A stretch of DNA of 62,941 nt, counting the filler, from Rozella allomycis CSF55 (lineage: Eukaryota), in assembly GCA_000442015.1 (NCBI GenBank). It is 17 parts of 17 records of this genome, joined end to end, with 100 filler letters (N's around TTAATTAATTAA, not from the genome) between each part and the next. Parts side by side here need not be neighbours in the genome. Positions count along the whole stretch, not along the records: positions 25,120 to 26,401 come from KE560385.1; positions 26,502 to 32,586 come from KE560386.1; positions 32,687 to 34,278 come from KE560389.1; positions 34,379 to 36,077 come from KE560396.1; positions 36,178 to 44,901 come from KE560397.1; 12 more parts are not named here. One strand, written 5' to 3'. Position 1 is the first letter of the stretch. Each line of letters starts with the position of its first letter. A program made the position numbers and the translations under genes. Positions 25,120-36,896 of the stretch are shown in pieces. The notes below the pieces were generated by a model. That model did not search any database and was not told where the DNA came from. It saw nothing but the letters and a program-made list of their open reading frames with translations.

Positions 25120-26401
25120 TCAAGAGTGGCATTGACCGGAAGAAGAGTTCCATTCTATCCGGATTCCAAGAAGGCTCGATTAATGAGGAGAAGACCAAGC
25201 CTGTGAGTTTTGTAATTGGGAAGATTTGCAACCAGGAGATCCCTTTGTTTTTGGATGTTGGAGCCACTTGCAGCATTGTCAGCGAGAAGTTGTTGAGAGC
25301 ATTAGGAGTTGGGTTTACGCGGGAGAATGCTGGGGCTATCAGACCAGTCGATGGGCCTCCAGTGGCTGTGCTTGGAACCGCGACGCTGTTGATTGCATTC
25401 TACGATGATGTGGTGATACCCGTGAAGTTCAAGGTGTTAGGGAAGTGCACCGTGCCGATCCTTATTGGCATTGATGTCTGTCAAGGGTTAAGAAGCAAGA
25501 TTGACTATGAGAAGGAGATTTGGACTTTTATTTATGAAGAGAAAAATGTGGCTTTGCAGCTTTATGCACGTGACGCCATGATTCCGGTGAGTGAGATTGT
25601 TGACTCGGATTCGGAGCTTGAGGAGGCGGGAGAGACTTCCGATCGAGATTCGGAAATTTCGGAAGAAGATGACGCGAATCTGTGTTTGTTTGTGAAGAAG
25701 TGTGAGATGGCTGATGCTGGATTGATTGGAAGCGTGGAAGACGAGTGTGAAGATATTGAGAGTAGTACGGAGAAGCCTGATAGATTTAGTGAGATGGTGA
25801 AAGGGATTGAAGCTTTAGATGAATGGCAGAAGAAAGAAGTTGAGAATTTATTAAGAGAATATGAAGATTTGTTTCCTACGAAACATATTCAGATGCCAGG
25901 AATTAAAGGGAGTTTGTACCACCTCGAAGTAGATCCGACGGCTAGACCCATTAGTTCGAGGCTTAGGAGGTATTCCCAGAAGGAGAGAGAAGTTATCAAG
26001 AGAGAGATTGAGTCAATGTTAGAGAATGGCATTATTGCACCAAGTGATTCTGAGTGGAATTTTCCAATTGTCCTAGTACCTAAACCTGATGGATCTCTAA
26101 GATTTTGTGTGAACTTCAAGCCACTGAATGCACTCACGAAGAAAGATAAATTCCCATTACCGAGAATAGATGATTGTTTAGACTCTCTAGCTGGAAAAGT
26201 ATTTTATTCTGTATGTAATTGTTTTGCTGGATACTGGCAAATGTTCTTAGATGAGAAGTCTCAAGGGTATTGCTGCTTTATTTCGCCTTTCGGAGTTTTC
26301 AAGTTTCTGAGATTGCCTTTCGGGATTACGAACGCACCAGCGCACTTTCAGAAGACCTTGGAGAGAATTTTCGCTGATTTCCTTTATGATTTTCTAACTC
26401 T
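25120..26401 (+). mobile_element. Ty3/gypsy LTR retrotransposon pol fragment (aspartic protease plus reverse transcriptase N-terminal part)
   Basis: FLDVGATCSIVS protease; SEWNFPIVLVPKPDGSLRFCV, FPLPRIDD, GYWQ, LPFGITNAPAHFQ RT motifs. Confidence 0.95.
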
Positions 26402-26501
26402 NNNNNNNNNNNNNNNNNNNNNNNNNNNNNNNNNNNNNNNNNNNNTTAATTAATTAANNNNNNNNNNNNNNNNNNNNNNNNNNNNNNNNNNNNNNNNNNN
26501 N

Positions 26502-26735
26502 AATCAAGTCATCAACATATAGACTAATAAATCCAACAATTGTATTATTAGCACTACGTTTAATATAGATAGATACAAGGATTAGAACTAGCTGGAAAGT
26601 AACCTTCACTTTGTAAAAATTTGTCAATCTCACAATTCCAAAGATGCGGCGCTTGTCTTAACCATAAAGTGATTTCTTCAAAAGACAAACCATTCCTTTA
26701 ACATTAGATGCTGATGCTACATGCAACATACCAGT
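26502..26735 (-). mobile_element. Ty1/copia reverse transcriptase fragment, frameshifted
   Basis: Manual translation VCLLKKSLYG/LRQAPHLWNCEIDKFL..NPCIY/..FISLYVDDLI. Confidence 0.85.
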
Positions 26736-26764
26736 ACAAGGTCTGTTACCGTCTCTTTTTGTGT

Positions 26765-28020
26765 GACGAAATACCAATTTAAGACCGTGGAGCGTAGTTT
26801 ACGGGATGTGCGCAATTGCAATAAATTTTTGGCGGTGTACCTGTTCTGTTTGGGGGAAATGTTCGTCAAATATTACCCGTAGTACTAAGAAGTAGCAGAC
26901 ACGATATTGTAGCGACTACATTGCAACACTTATATTTTTGGCCACAATTATATCGCTTTCATCTAACATCTAACAATATGGCTACTTTGCAAACTACCTA
27001 ATAGAAATAGGAGAAGGAAGTCGTTCTAACAAATCCTAGAATCTAATGATGCTGCCACGAGAATTTGTCATTGAGAACAACAACATGGACACATTCATTA
27101 ACACTGTGTTTCCAGACTTACATCAAAATTTTTCGAATACAGAATATGTTACAGAACATGGGATTTGAACGAAAAAGAACTCGGATGTTGATTTCATAAA
27201 CCATAAAATCGGCGAGTCGATTCATGGNTGGCTACTTTGCAAACTACCTAATAGAAATAGGAGAAGGAAGTCGTTCTAACAAATCCTAGAATCTAATGAT
27301 GCTGCCACGAGAATTTGTCATTGAGAACAACAACATGGACACATTCATTAACACTGTGTTTCCAGACTTACATCAAAATTTTTCGAATACAGAATATGTT
27401 ACAGAACATGGGATTTGAACGAAAAAGAACTCGGATGTTGATTTCATAAACCATAAAATCGGCGAGTCGATTCATGGGTTTTCAAAGACATATTATAGTG
27501 CTGATAGCGTCGGAGATGCAGAAGGAGCCAGATTGCTTCCCAATGAATTTTTGAATTGGCTGCCTGTCAATAAATTACCCGCCCACAAATAAGTTCTTAA
27601 CATAGGCATGCCAATAATTTTGTTACGTAATTTGGATCCGTCCCTAGGGTTGTTTAATGGCACCCGGCTAATAATTCGTTGCCTGGGTGCCATTCTAATC
27701 GATGCTGAAATTGCGCTAGGCAAATTCAAAGGCCATAGAGTGCTTATCCCCCGCATTGTGTTAAGTCCCTCACAAACTACTTTACCATTTGTATTACGAA
27801 GAAAACTATTTCCGGTCAGTTGCCATGACCAAGAACAAAGCGCAGGTTCAGACCTTGAAAAAGGTAGGCATCTTTTTAACAGGTCCTGTGTTTACTCATG
27901 GACAAACTTTATGTGGCTTTATCGCTTACAAGAGCTATGAACGACATATCATTCCTTAATAACAGCAATGAAAATCTATTAAGAGTAACACAAACTGTTT
28001 ATCGTGAGATTTTGACCTAG
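26765..28020 (+). pseudogene. Helitron PIF1-like SF1 helicase C-terminal half, with stops and frameshifts
   Basis: VERSLRD..GGVPVLFGGNVRQILPVV, YLIEIGEG, GMPIILLRNLDP..NGTRL, IPRI..LPFVLRR.LFPV, AMTKNKAQ, VFTHGQ/YVALS, VYREIL*. Confidence 0.92.
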
Positions 28021-28051
28021 CATATCATGTAAAGGTACTTGACAATACGGC

Positions 28052-28750
28052 CAGATCCGTCAAGACTCCTCCCCCGTTATATGCGACGGTGAAATCAATC
28101 ACTTAAATGACGCATAAAAAACTCAAATAGACAAATCTTAAAATGCTTATATAATGTCCGCCGGAGACCGACGGAGACTCCCCCAAATATCAAAATTTAT
28201 ATTTGAAAAATAGATATGTATTACAAAATGATCAATTAATGTAAATGTATTTAATGTTTTAATTTTAATAGCCCCGTGAGTGATAGCAGTCCCTGGATCT
28301 GTTTTTGTAACTATGTCAAATACAGAAGAAAACGACGAATATAATGAATCCCAAATGAATTCAAAACCTTATTACCATTTAACAACAGCTATAAGAAATA
28401 AAAACGAAAGTCGAAATACTCAAAAATCACGCACTACGTAAAGGGTACCCATTGACTAAATAGTTTCTATAAAAAATGGACTGATTGGTGCAGCAAAAAT
28501 AATCACAATCCTGCTGAAATATCAAATAAAACTGTGGGGATGATTAAATCTTGACTGGTGAACGAAGGTGTTGGCTTTGTGTGGCTTTGTTGAAGCAGCC
28601 TAGAAAATGTGCAAAAATAACAGTGTAAGAATAAAATACACCAGGAAAAAGATTGCAACATTACGAATTATTAAATCTGGAGTGAGCAGTTACATAATTG
28701 ATCATAATACGGAAATTGGATTTCAAAAACTTATGTAAAAGTTTGACAGT
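28052..28750 (+). mobile_element. Degenerate element: repeated 5' non-coding block (also at 29181-29444) followed by a broken ORF resembling a tyrosine-recombinase N-terminal core-binding domain (part repeated at 30045-30180)
   Basis: ATG at 28313; FYKKWTDWCSKNNHNPAEISNKTVGMIKS*LVNEG resembles the Y..W..WC motif of YR core-binding domains. Confidence 0.45.
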
Positions 28751-28883
28751 TCTTTTAAAGTATATCAATCGATTACAAATATAGGCTCGAAAGCCTCAAA
28801 AACCTAAACAGGCCCTGAGTTTAGAAAATATGAATCTCTTTATAGATATTTGGAAAGTTTAAGCCACACAAAGCCACACACTN

Positions 28884-29070
28884 GTTAAAGAATTGTGCAC
28901 CTCCTCTGCGAACGGATGCGTTCCAATGAAAGCTGGATCCAAGCCGATAGCTTGCAAATGTTTCTTGAAATTTCTCATAATAAACGTACGAGTCATAGCA
29001 CAAGACGGTAAAAGACTTCTTTGGATAAAACGATTAGGGGGTGAATTAGGTGGTTTGATTTTTGAATCCA
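28884..29070 (-). mobile_element. Tyrosine recombinase catalytic fragment (DIRS/Crypton-type)
   Basis: MTRTFIMRNFKKHLQAIGLDPAFIGTH plus frameshifted VRRGGAQF, giving an HxxR box. Confidence 0.7.
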
Positions 29071-29177
29071 TTGTTATGAATGAAGATCATCGAGGTGTTG
29101 TCAAAATTATTATATCTGGTACACATCAGAATAGAGTGAAGCATTTGGATATTGCATATCATATTACTAGACAGTAG
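29070..29177 (+). mobile_element. Ty1/copia RNase H C-terminal fragment
   Basis: IVMNEDHRGVVKI..HQNRVKHLDIAYHITRQ resembles the copia RTKHIDIRYHFIR motif. Confidence 0.7.
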
Positions 29178-29445
29178 CANAGATCCGTCAAGACTCCTCC
29201 CCCGTTATATGCGACGGTGAAATCAATCACTTAAATGACGCATAAAAAACTCAAATAGACAAATCTTAAAATGCTTATATAATGTCCGCCGGAGACCGAC
29301 GGAGACTCCCCCAAATATCAAAATTTTTATTTAAAAAATAAATATGTATTACAAAATGATAACTTAATGTATTTAATGTTTTAATTTTAATAGTCCCGTG
29401 AGTGATAGCAGTCCCTGGATCTGTTTTTGTAACTATGGCAAATAN

Positions 29446-30043
29446 TTGAGTATGCCTGTTGGAAAAGGAGGATTCAAATATATAATCAATGCTAGAGATG
29501 ATTTAACAGGATTTGTAGATGCAGAAGCATTAAGATCNGTGAGTATGCCTGTTGGAAAAGGAGGATTCAAATATATAATTAATGCTAGAGATGATTTAAC
29601 AGGATTTGTAGACGCAGAAGCATTAAGATCTAATAAGTCAATTTATGTTGCGAAATTCATTTTAAAGTATATATGTAGATTTGGTTTGGTTGGAATAATT
29701 ACTGCTGATAGAGGAGAATTAAACAGTGAAACAGTCGTTAAATTAGCTGAGAAATATGGAATAAAAATAATATTCACAACACCTTTTCATCCACAGTCTG
29801 ATGGAGTAGTAGAAAAAGGTCATCAATCATTTATTAAAGGTTTAACTCATTGGTTAGGAGAAAAGAATAAAGGAAATTGGCCTGAATATTTGATGTTTGC
29901 AATTTGGGCTGATAATATAACTATTAGGAAAAGCACTGGATTTTCACCTTATTCTTTAATGTTTGGTCGAGATGCTTATTTACCGATTGAATTTGAATAT
30001 ATAACATGGAATGTAGATGATTGGAATTATCCTTTGTCGAGAG
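29446..30043 (+). mobile_element. Gypsy-type retroviral integrase core fragment
   Basis: YIINARDDLTG, ICRFG..ITADRGE, TPFHPQSDGVVEKGH, TGFSPYSLMFGR. Confidence 0.88.
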
Positions 30044-30836
30044 NGAAATATCAAATAAAACTGTGGGGATGATTAAATCTTGACTGGTGAACGAAGGTGT
30101 TGGCTTTGTGTGGCTTTGTTGAAGCAGCCTAGAAAATGTGCAAAAATAACAGTGTAAGAATAAAATACACCAGGAAAAAGNATATATAGCAGGCATGAAT
30201 GGTATATATTGCGTAGAAGTTTTCATTGTTGACGGCCTTGAGTATGGTGGACTTGGTTTCTGGATCAACGAAATGGCCATGACGCGAGACTAATTTGTAC
30301 TACTGACTCGGGACCAAATGTGATTAACAATATAAATGCCTTGAAATAATGTAATTGTCACAGGCTGAGCACTATTATGGGTGATGTTTTTGATCATCCC
30401 TTGTCTGAGGTGAAAGCAAAGGCTGGTACTGGAACAAATGTCATTGTGTTTTGCAAAAAGTTGGTAACATCTGTTCTGACAAACATGTAAGAAGGTATCG
30501 TATTTATGCAAGGGTGGGCTTTTATATTGGCAGGTCACTTCATCACTGGTTTGTTCTTTCACTACCCCTGAGATCTGAGATTACGGGACTAAGTTGAATA
30601 GTCTCCTCGAGTCCATGAAATAGCGCCCTTTGGTGATTTTGGTTTTAGTTTTATTCCTATGTGCTGAATAAAGATATCATTAGTATGAAGATGGTCGTTT
30701 AGGAAATCATGTTCCATTTAAGAATTCCTGTTCTTGATGCGAGGCCGTTGCCTTTGATTATGTAGATTCTGGTATTAGGTTCTATCTTAATGGTTCTTTA
30801 TTTAATAAAGGGGTAATTAAATATATATCATGGCCA

Positions 30837-31137
30837 TGTAAGGTCTTTCCCAGATTAGCGACCGTTGCGAACTACATCCGTTAGTACAGGCACGCAGCGC
30901 TAAAAGCGAGCGAGCGTCTTTAAAGTTTTACAGGGCGCACAAAAACAAATTTTATGGCCGCAATGACAGTGCAGACTATAAAGAAATAACTTAAGATTTG
31001 TTACTTGAGTTAACAAGACTGAAGTCTTGTTTCCTCCTATTTATAAGGTAATACTTTAGCGTCCATCATCTAGAATCTCTGGAATGATCTGCGGAAATCT
31101 CAAAGACACTGTCTTGGATCTCAAACAATTCTTTACA
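30837..31137 (-). mobile_element. Putative 3' LTR (about 301 bp) of the chromovirus element
   Basis: Minus strand: polypurine tract AGGGAGGGGATAA (31138-31150) directly before TGTAA...; candidate end ...TTACA at 30837; internal TATAAATA. Confidence 0.65.
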
Positions 31138-32586
31138 TTATCCCCTCCCTGTGGCAGATTCCGTCTGTTCTTTCTGTGATATTCAGAGATCAAGGTTTCA
31201 GTTAAAAGAGGATTATCGAAAGGTTCCCAAGAACGATCAGAAGGATGCATGTTCTTTCAATGAATCAAATAATACAACTTATCTCCTATAAATTTTGAAT
31301 CTACAATATAGTCTATGAAACATACTGGAGAATCTGACACAACATTTAAATCAACTATTCCCCTCGCCTTTGCTCTCTGACTAAAAGATGAAATATGACA
31401 TGGTTCTAACAATGATATATGGAAAACATCAAAAGTCCTATATTCCGTGGTAATTGTAAACGGTAACAAGCAGGATTAATTTTTCCCGAGATCTTAAATG
31501 GTCCAACGAATTCATGATCCAATTTTCTGCAAGTCTCTTCAACTTCAAGTTTGTGGTACTCAAGAAAACTTAATCCCCGATAATAGATTCAAATTCTTTT
31601 CTCGTTCTATTTGCAACTTCATTTTGTCTTTCTTGAGCTTGATTCAGTGACAGCGTTAACAATTGTTGTACCTGTTGAATATCATAAACCAGCATCTCGG
31701 CTTTAGGCACTTTTTGTTGATTATCAATCGTCACATTCATACGAGGGTGAAAGCCATAATTTGCAAAAAACGGTGACATGCCAGTAGAAGAATGAATACT
31801 GTTATTGTAGCAAAATTCAGCGTATGTAAGAAATCTTACCCAGTCATTCTGTTCAAAATTTATATAAGCTCGCAGATAATGTTCCAACGTTTGATTGGTC
31901 CTTTCTGTCTGACCATCGGTCTAAGGGTGGTAAGCTGATGACAATTTAATTCTGCAACCTGATAATTCGAAGAACCTATTCACAGTCGAGAAATAAATTG
32001 TGGTCCCCTATCCGAGATTATTTCATTGGGTACACCATGTAAGCGGACAATATGCTTTACAAACAATTCTGCTGTTTCTGAGGCTGAAATGGTCTTTTTA
32101 CAAGGAATAAAGTGAGCCATCTTAGATCGTCTGTCAACTATTACTAAAATACAATTTTGGTATTGTGAGGTTGGTAGATCGGTAATAAAATCTAACGTGA
32201 CTGATTCCCAATTTCTCTCTGCTATAGGTAAAGGTTGTAGTAATCCAAATGGAGTATGTTTAGGTTTCCGGATACGCGCACATGTGTCACAGCTGGAAAT
32301 ATATCTCTTTACATCTGACATTAATGAAGGCCAATAATTATTCCGTTTAACTAAATTCACTGTCTTTGCTATGCCAAAATGTCCACCTAACAGGCTGTCA
32401 TGACAATCATATAAAATCTGTTGACGCAACATACAATTAGGAATATACAACTGTTGGTTATGATATAAAATGTCATCATTAAATTTAAACTTAGAAGTTG
32501 CAATGTTCGTATGTGTTTTTTGAATTATTTGATAAAAAGTGTCATTTCATATTCAAATAGTTATCCGAATCAGAAGATACCTTGAA
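31138..32586 (-). mobile_element. Chromovirus (Ty3/gypsy) integrase plus chromodomain, pseudogenised
   Basis: HHCC (CHDS..GGHFG..CDTC), LDFITDLP, IISDRGPQF, GPF/FHISLLEP module, chromodomain IVDS..YYLIH*K..RSWEP; several stops. Confidence 0.93.
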
Positions 32587-33494
32587 NNNNNNNNNNNNNN
32601 NNNNNNNNNNNNNNNNNNNNNNNNNNNNNNTTAATTAATTAANNNNNNNNNNNNNNNNNNNNNNNNNNNNNNNNNNNNNNNNNNNNCCCATTGGACATTG
32701 ATAAATTTGATAATCAATAAACATTTTTATTACTTTGATTTGCATTCTGTTTTTTAAGAAAATAAATTCATTTTTTATAAAGAACACCTAGTACAAATTA
32801 CAATTTATGGATAAGATGTCATGGCAAGATGCCAACTGCAAAGTATCCGCAATATGTAGGCTTGGATGCATGCTGTCAGCCTGTCAATAGGTTTAAACGT
32901 TGTGTGGGCCAGCGATTTCGTCAACATGTCTTCCAGCGGTCTATGGTTCCTTGGCAGTGCGGTATGATGTTTTCCTTCTAAAAGTGTCTAGTACTTTATA
33001 ATATATTGTATAACTCTCACACAGCGAAGATTAATATATTTGTTCCGGATAGATCAACATTCAACAGCGAAAAACGCAATTTCTATTTCTCAAAGGAATA
33101 CTAATTGATCAAATAAATCTATTTATTATATTCCATGGAGGCCTAATGAATCTGGAGGTCAGACATCCTTAAATTCATGTTGAATTTTGATCCTTTCCAG
33201 GGATCGAAAAGAGAGCGAACTATAACTTCAGGTTTTGATACCAAAATGCGTACATGATGAAGATACAATCTTTCCTTTTCCAGTGTTTTATATGTGGCAT
33301 TTCTGGAATAAACTGATTCTTATGTGAAATAATATCGCCGAGATTAAAAGACCCGTATGATTAATTATTCATGACTTCTTTTTGTAATTTTATGCTTGAT
33401 TTAAATCTTAAAATATTTAGACTTATCTCTTAATGTAATCACTATAAGACATGTTTTTTCAAAAGGCCAGGGTTGCGTCACAAAAAACACTCTT

Positions 33495-34278
33495 ATGCTC
33501 TTATGGGATTTTATTGAAACTATAAATTTGGCTTCAGACACACTGACCCCTGTAAAAACTATGGACATTCAAGACTTTCTTGAACAATTAGATATTGCAT
33601 GCAAAGCAAAGGAGATAAAGGCATACAAAACTATCAAGGAAAAATTTGAGACAAGTGAATGGAACGTTTATGACTGGGTCAAATACACCTCGTGGAATGA
33701 CGAACTTAAGGCTGAGGTTGAGGGCATTATAAAAAGACACAGAGTAACACAGTTGGGAAATATAGTACCAGCACCGCTACTCCAACCTCTGATAGATAGC
33801 TTGCCGGCGTTTTGGTACAAAGGGATCAGTGAAGATTATGAAATGACTCAACCATTTAGAAATTTGGATACAAAAGTCCAAAAAAAAGTTCTAGAATTTT
33901 TTGGGATTTCTGATGTTCGTTTTGCAGAGTCGGCTAAGAAAGTTTTTGATAAAGATGTTGAAAAATTTGGTCAGTTGGAAGGAAACAAGATTACAGTGTT
34001 AGATTTCAAACATTATGGACAAAATAGAAAAGACTCTGTATTTGTGCGAACAATATATCTTAAATTTATGGAGAATATTTTGAATCANATTAGAAGGAAA
34101 CAAGATTACAGTGTTAGATTTCAAGCATTATGGACAAAATAGAAAAGACTCCGTATTTGTGCGAACAATATATCTTAAATTTATGGAGAATATTTTGAAT
34201 CAAGACATATTCATTGACCAAAAATGGGCATCAGGGGAAAGAATGAACTCGAAAGCAAAAGGGTGGAATTTAGACAAG
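33495..34278 (+). CDS. Hypothetical protein, possibly the N-terminal part of a Crinkler/RHS-type NTPase effector; truncated
   Basis: Open ORF (N join at 34088); SVFVRTIYLKFMENIL resembles the FVR..Y motif that precedes the P-loop in CRN/RHS proteins. Confidence 0.45.
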
Positions 34279-34378
34279 NNNNNNNNNNNNNNNNNNNNNN
34301 NNNNNNNNNNNNNNNNNNNNNNTTAATTAATTAANNNNNNNNNNNNNNNNNNNNNNNNNNNNNNNNNNNNNNNNNNNN

Positions 34379-35167
34379 GAGAAATTCTGGGAGAATTTGA
34401 TTCTTGAGACTGCTCAAGGAAAGATGGAATCGAAATTGTTTGGGGAGGCAGATGACGATTGGATTGAGAGTGTTACTGGAATCGACACCAAGCGGCGCCT
34501 ATGGAACACGTATACTATTGACGACAGCATAGTTCCATCTCCATCATTCAAAGACCGATTTGATCAAATATCTCGTGTCTTTCATCTCGAAAAGGAGGCT
34601 GGGCGTCGAATTTACTTGAACTTGTTTCTCGCTGACATTGTTGACCGTGAAGAGTTCCAAGGAAAGTTGAGAATATTTCCAGAGCTGGAAATGTCAATCA
34701 CTAAGGTTGTTGGAGGAAAGAGAAGAAAATTGGGAGGGAAGCATGATTACACCATCGGATTTGGACAAGGCTTGGATCCTTTTGGGCAGAAAACACCACC
34801 GAAAGAATTGCATCTTGTTGCAATTGAAGGTAGCAGAAACTGGGAAGAACAAAATCTTTGGCAATGTGTAGCCGAGGCAGCAACCATTTTTCGTGTCAGA
34901 AAGGATGCGAAAAAGGCCAAGTGTAGCGTGTGGGGTGTCTTGACCAATGCTACCGACTGGATTTTTATTCACATTGATGAAGATGGAAAGCTGCACAGAT
35001 CGGATAAATTTTTGCTAAACCTTCCTTATTTCCGTGAGAATGAAGTTTTCTTCATTTATCGCTTGCTGTATCATGTTGTTGATCAATGCTTCCGTGCATG
35101 CACCCCACCAGGATCTGAAGAATCTTTGAATGCAGCCAACCATGCCGAAAATGATGACAACCAATGA
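34379..35167 (+). CDS. PD-(D/E)XK restriction-endonuclease-fold protein (HsdR-N-like / CR-REase type), 5' partial
   Basis: EAGRRIYLNLFL helix, FPE, GKHDYTIG, LVAIEGS, WQCVAEA, VWGVLTNATDWIF motifs. Confidence 0.75.
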   Translation, partial: EKFWENLILETAQGKMESKLFGEADDDWIESVTGIDTKRRLWNTYTIDDSIVPSPSFKDRFDQISRVFHLEKEAGRRIYLNLFLADIVDREEFQGKLRIFPELEMSITKVVGGKRRKLGGKHDYTIGFGQGLDPFGQKTPPKELHLVAIEGSRNWEEQNLWQCVAEAATIFRVRKDAKKAKCSVWGVLTNATDWIFIHIDEDGKLHRSDKFLLNLPYFRENEVFFIYRLLYHVVDQCFRACTPPGSEESLNAANHAENDDNQ

Positions 35168-36284
35168 TTGATAAATAAATGCCATCTGCTTTGGCACTTC
35201 TATATTCGCCATTCATCATTCTTTTAGGGTAATTCAATAACAAGTTATAATAGTTAATACGCAAGAATATATGTCGCTCCAAGTTTATTCTACAGTAGCT
35301 ACGGGCATTGAAAAGGTCAATTCATGGCTAACAAACTTCGCGTTGGTTTTTTCTGGATGGATGAATATTCATTTCAACAATCGATTTAATAGGAAAAGAA
35401 TGAGATGTTCCTGATGGTCTAATGTGTGAATCGCTATTGCTTTAGGCCTTTTCTACTGTTGCTGCTGATAAAGCATTGGGATATTTATTGAATGTACCAA
35501 AAATGCCCTTTGTAATCAAANNNNNNNNNNNNNNNNNNNNNNNNNNNNNNNNNNNNNNNNNNNNNNNNNNNNNNNNNNNNNNNNNNNNNNNNNNNNNNNN
35601 NNNNNTTAAAATAGATTTATTTATAAATTGCATTTCCGCTTTTCATAAACACTCTGATCTTAATTCTTTGGGAATCAGCCTGGGATGGAGGGAGTTCTGA
35701 GGAGAACTGTCACACCTAATCCAGTTCACCATTCAAAGATGGATCTTCCAGATCGCGATTGCCATGTACATGGGCGAATGGCCTATAGACTGATTCCGTC
35801 AGAGCGACGGATCAGAGGCGGCACCAGTAAAACCTCAGGCGGAGACTGAGGAAAGGTATACCGCGGAATAGAGTAGCTCTTTTCCTGCATTGATTTCTTG
35901 ATGAGCTCGTCACATGGAGATTTGTGACGTGCGGGGAGGTCCTTTCTGATTTCCCATGGTCTAAGTTCAACAATAAAGCCTACTTTTACTTGTTATGTAA
36001 TCTTTTCCCGATTGTCGATTGATATTTGTCAAATTATCTACCTTATTTTTATAAATTGAAGGGTCAAATAAATCAATNNNNNNNNNNNNNNNNNNNNNNN
36101 NNNNNNNNNNNNNNNNNNNNNTTAATTAATTAANNNNNNNNNNNNNNNNNNNNNNNNNNNNNNNNNNNNNNNNNNNNTTCACGAAATCATATTTTGAGCC
36201 AACTCGCATGGACTTGCCGACTTGCAAGCCACTCGAATGTACGATTAAATTAAATCAAGATGTAGAATTAAAAATGATCATTAT

Positions 36285-36896
36285 TTATTCATCGTTATCA
36301 AATCTTCTTGGAAGTCTAAAATTTGGTGGTCTTCTATTCACTGGTGGAAGCTGCTGAGTTGGATCAGGAAGAGTCACACGTTGGCCGTTTCCAGTAGGAT
36401 CAGGGAGAACGACATTGTGTCCATTGTTTGAGGAAGAAGAAGAAGATGCTTGACTTTGACCTTGAAATCCTCTAAGGTGCTCAGGAATCCCTTCATGGTA
36501 GGCTGCTGCATCTGGTGATCTAGCTCTTGGAAGTCTCATGACGCCTCTTTGGGCTGGCACTTGTGGTTGGAATTCTAAAGGATTTGGCAAAGCGAATCCT
36601 GTTGGCAATGGTGCAGGCCCAGTTGGCATAGGAGGCAATGGTGCAGGTCCAGTTGGCAAAGGCAAAGGCAAAGGAGCAGATCCCATCGGAAGAGTAACTG
36701 CCGGTGCCCCATTATTGTGAGAGCTAGAAGATGCTTGTGGGATTGGCAAATTGTTCTGTGCTTGTCCACGAGGTCTACGAGTGATAAGAGGAGCGTTACC
36801 AGCTGCAGCTCTGCGTCCGGCATCAAATCCAGGTGGTCTATTTGGAGCAGAAGCCAAAACGATAGCAGCACCTGATAAAAGAGCGATGAACTTCAT
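36285..36896 (-). CDS. Predicted secreted Pro/Gly/Asn-rich disordered protein
   Basis: Signal peptide MKFIALLSGAAIVLAS; PTGPAPLP repeats; intronless ORF of about 203 aa. Confidence 0.75.
   Translation of the reverse strand: MKFIALLSGAAIVLASAPNRPPGFDAGRRAAAGNAPLITRRPRGQAQNNLPIPQASSSSHNNGAPAVTLPMGSAPLPLPLPTGPAPLPPMPTGPAPLPTGFALPNPLEFQPQVPAQRGVMRLPRARSPDAAAYHEGIPEHLRGFQGQSQASSSSSSNNGHNVVLPDPTGNGQRVTLPDPTQQLPPVNRRPPNFRLPRRFDNDE

Noticed and set aside
26979-27478. 250-bp direct repeat inside the Helitron helicase
   Set aside because: Apparently identical copies either side of N 27229; assembly artefact.
28014-28020. CTAG as the Helitron 3' terminus
   Set aside because: It coincides with the helicase stop codon and no GC-rich hairpin precedes it.
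32790-33330. Possible degenerate Ulp1-like protease on the minus strand (FIPEMPHIKHW...CGYFAV)
   Set aside because: Multiple stops and only two weak motifs; cannot be supported without a profile search.
33495-35167. Treating the FVRxxY ORF and the REase ORF as one gene or cluster
   Set aside because: They are separated by an artificial linker, so adjacency is not evidence of linkage.
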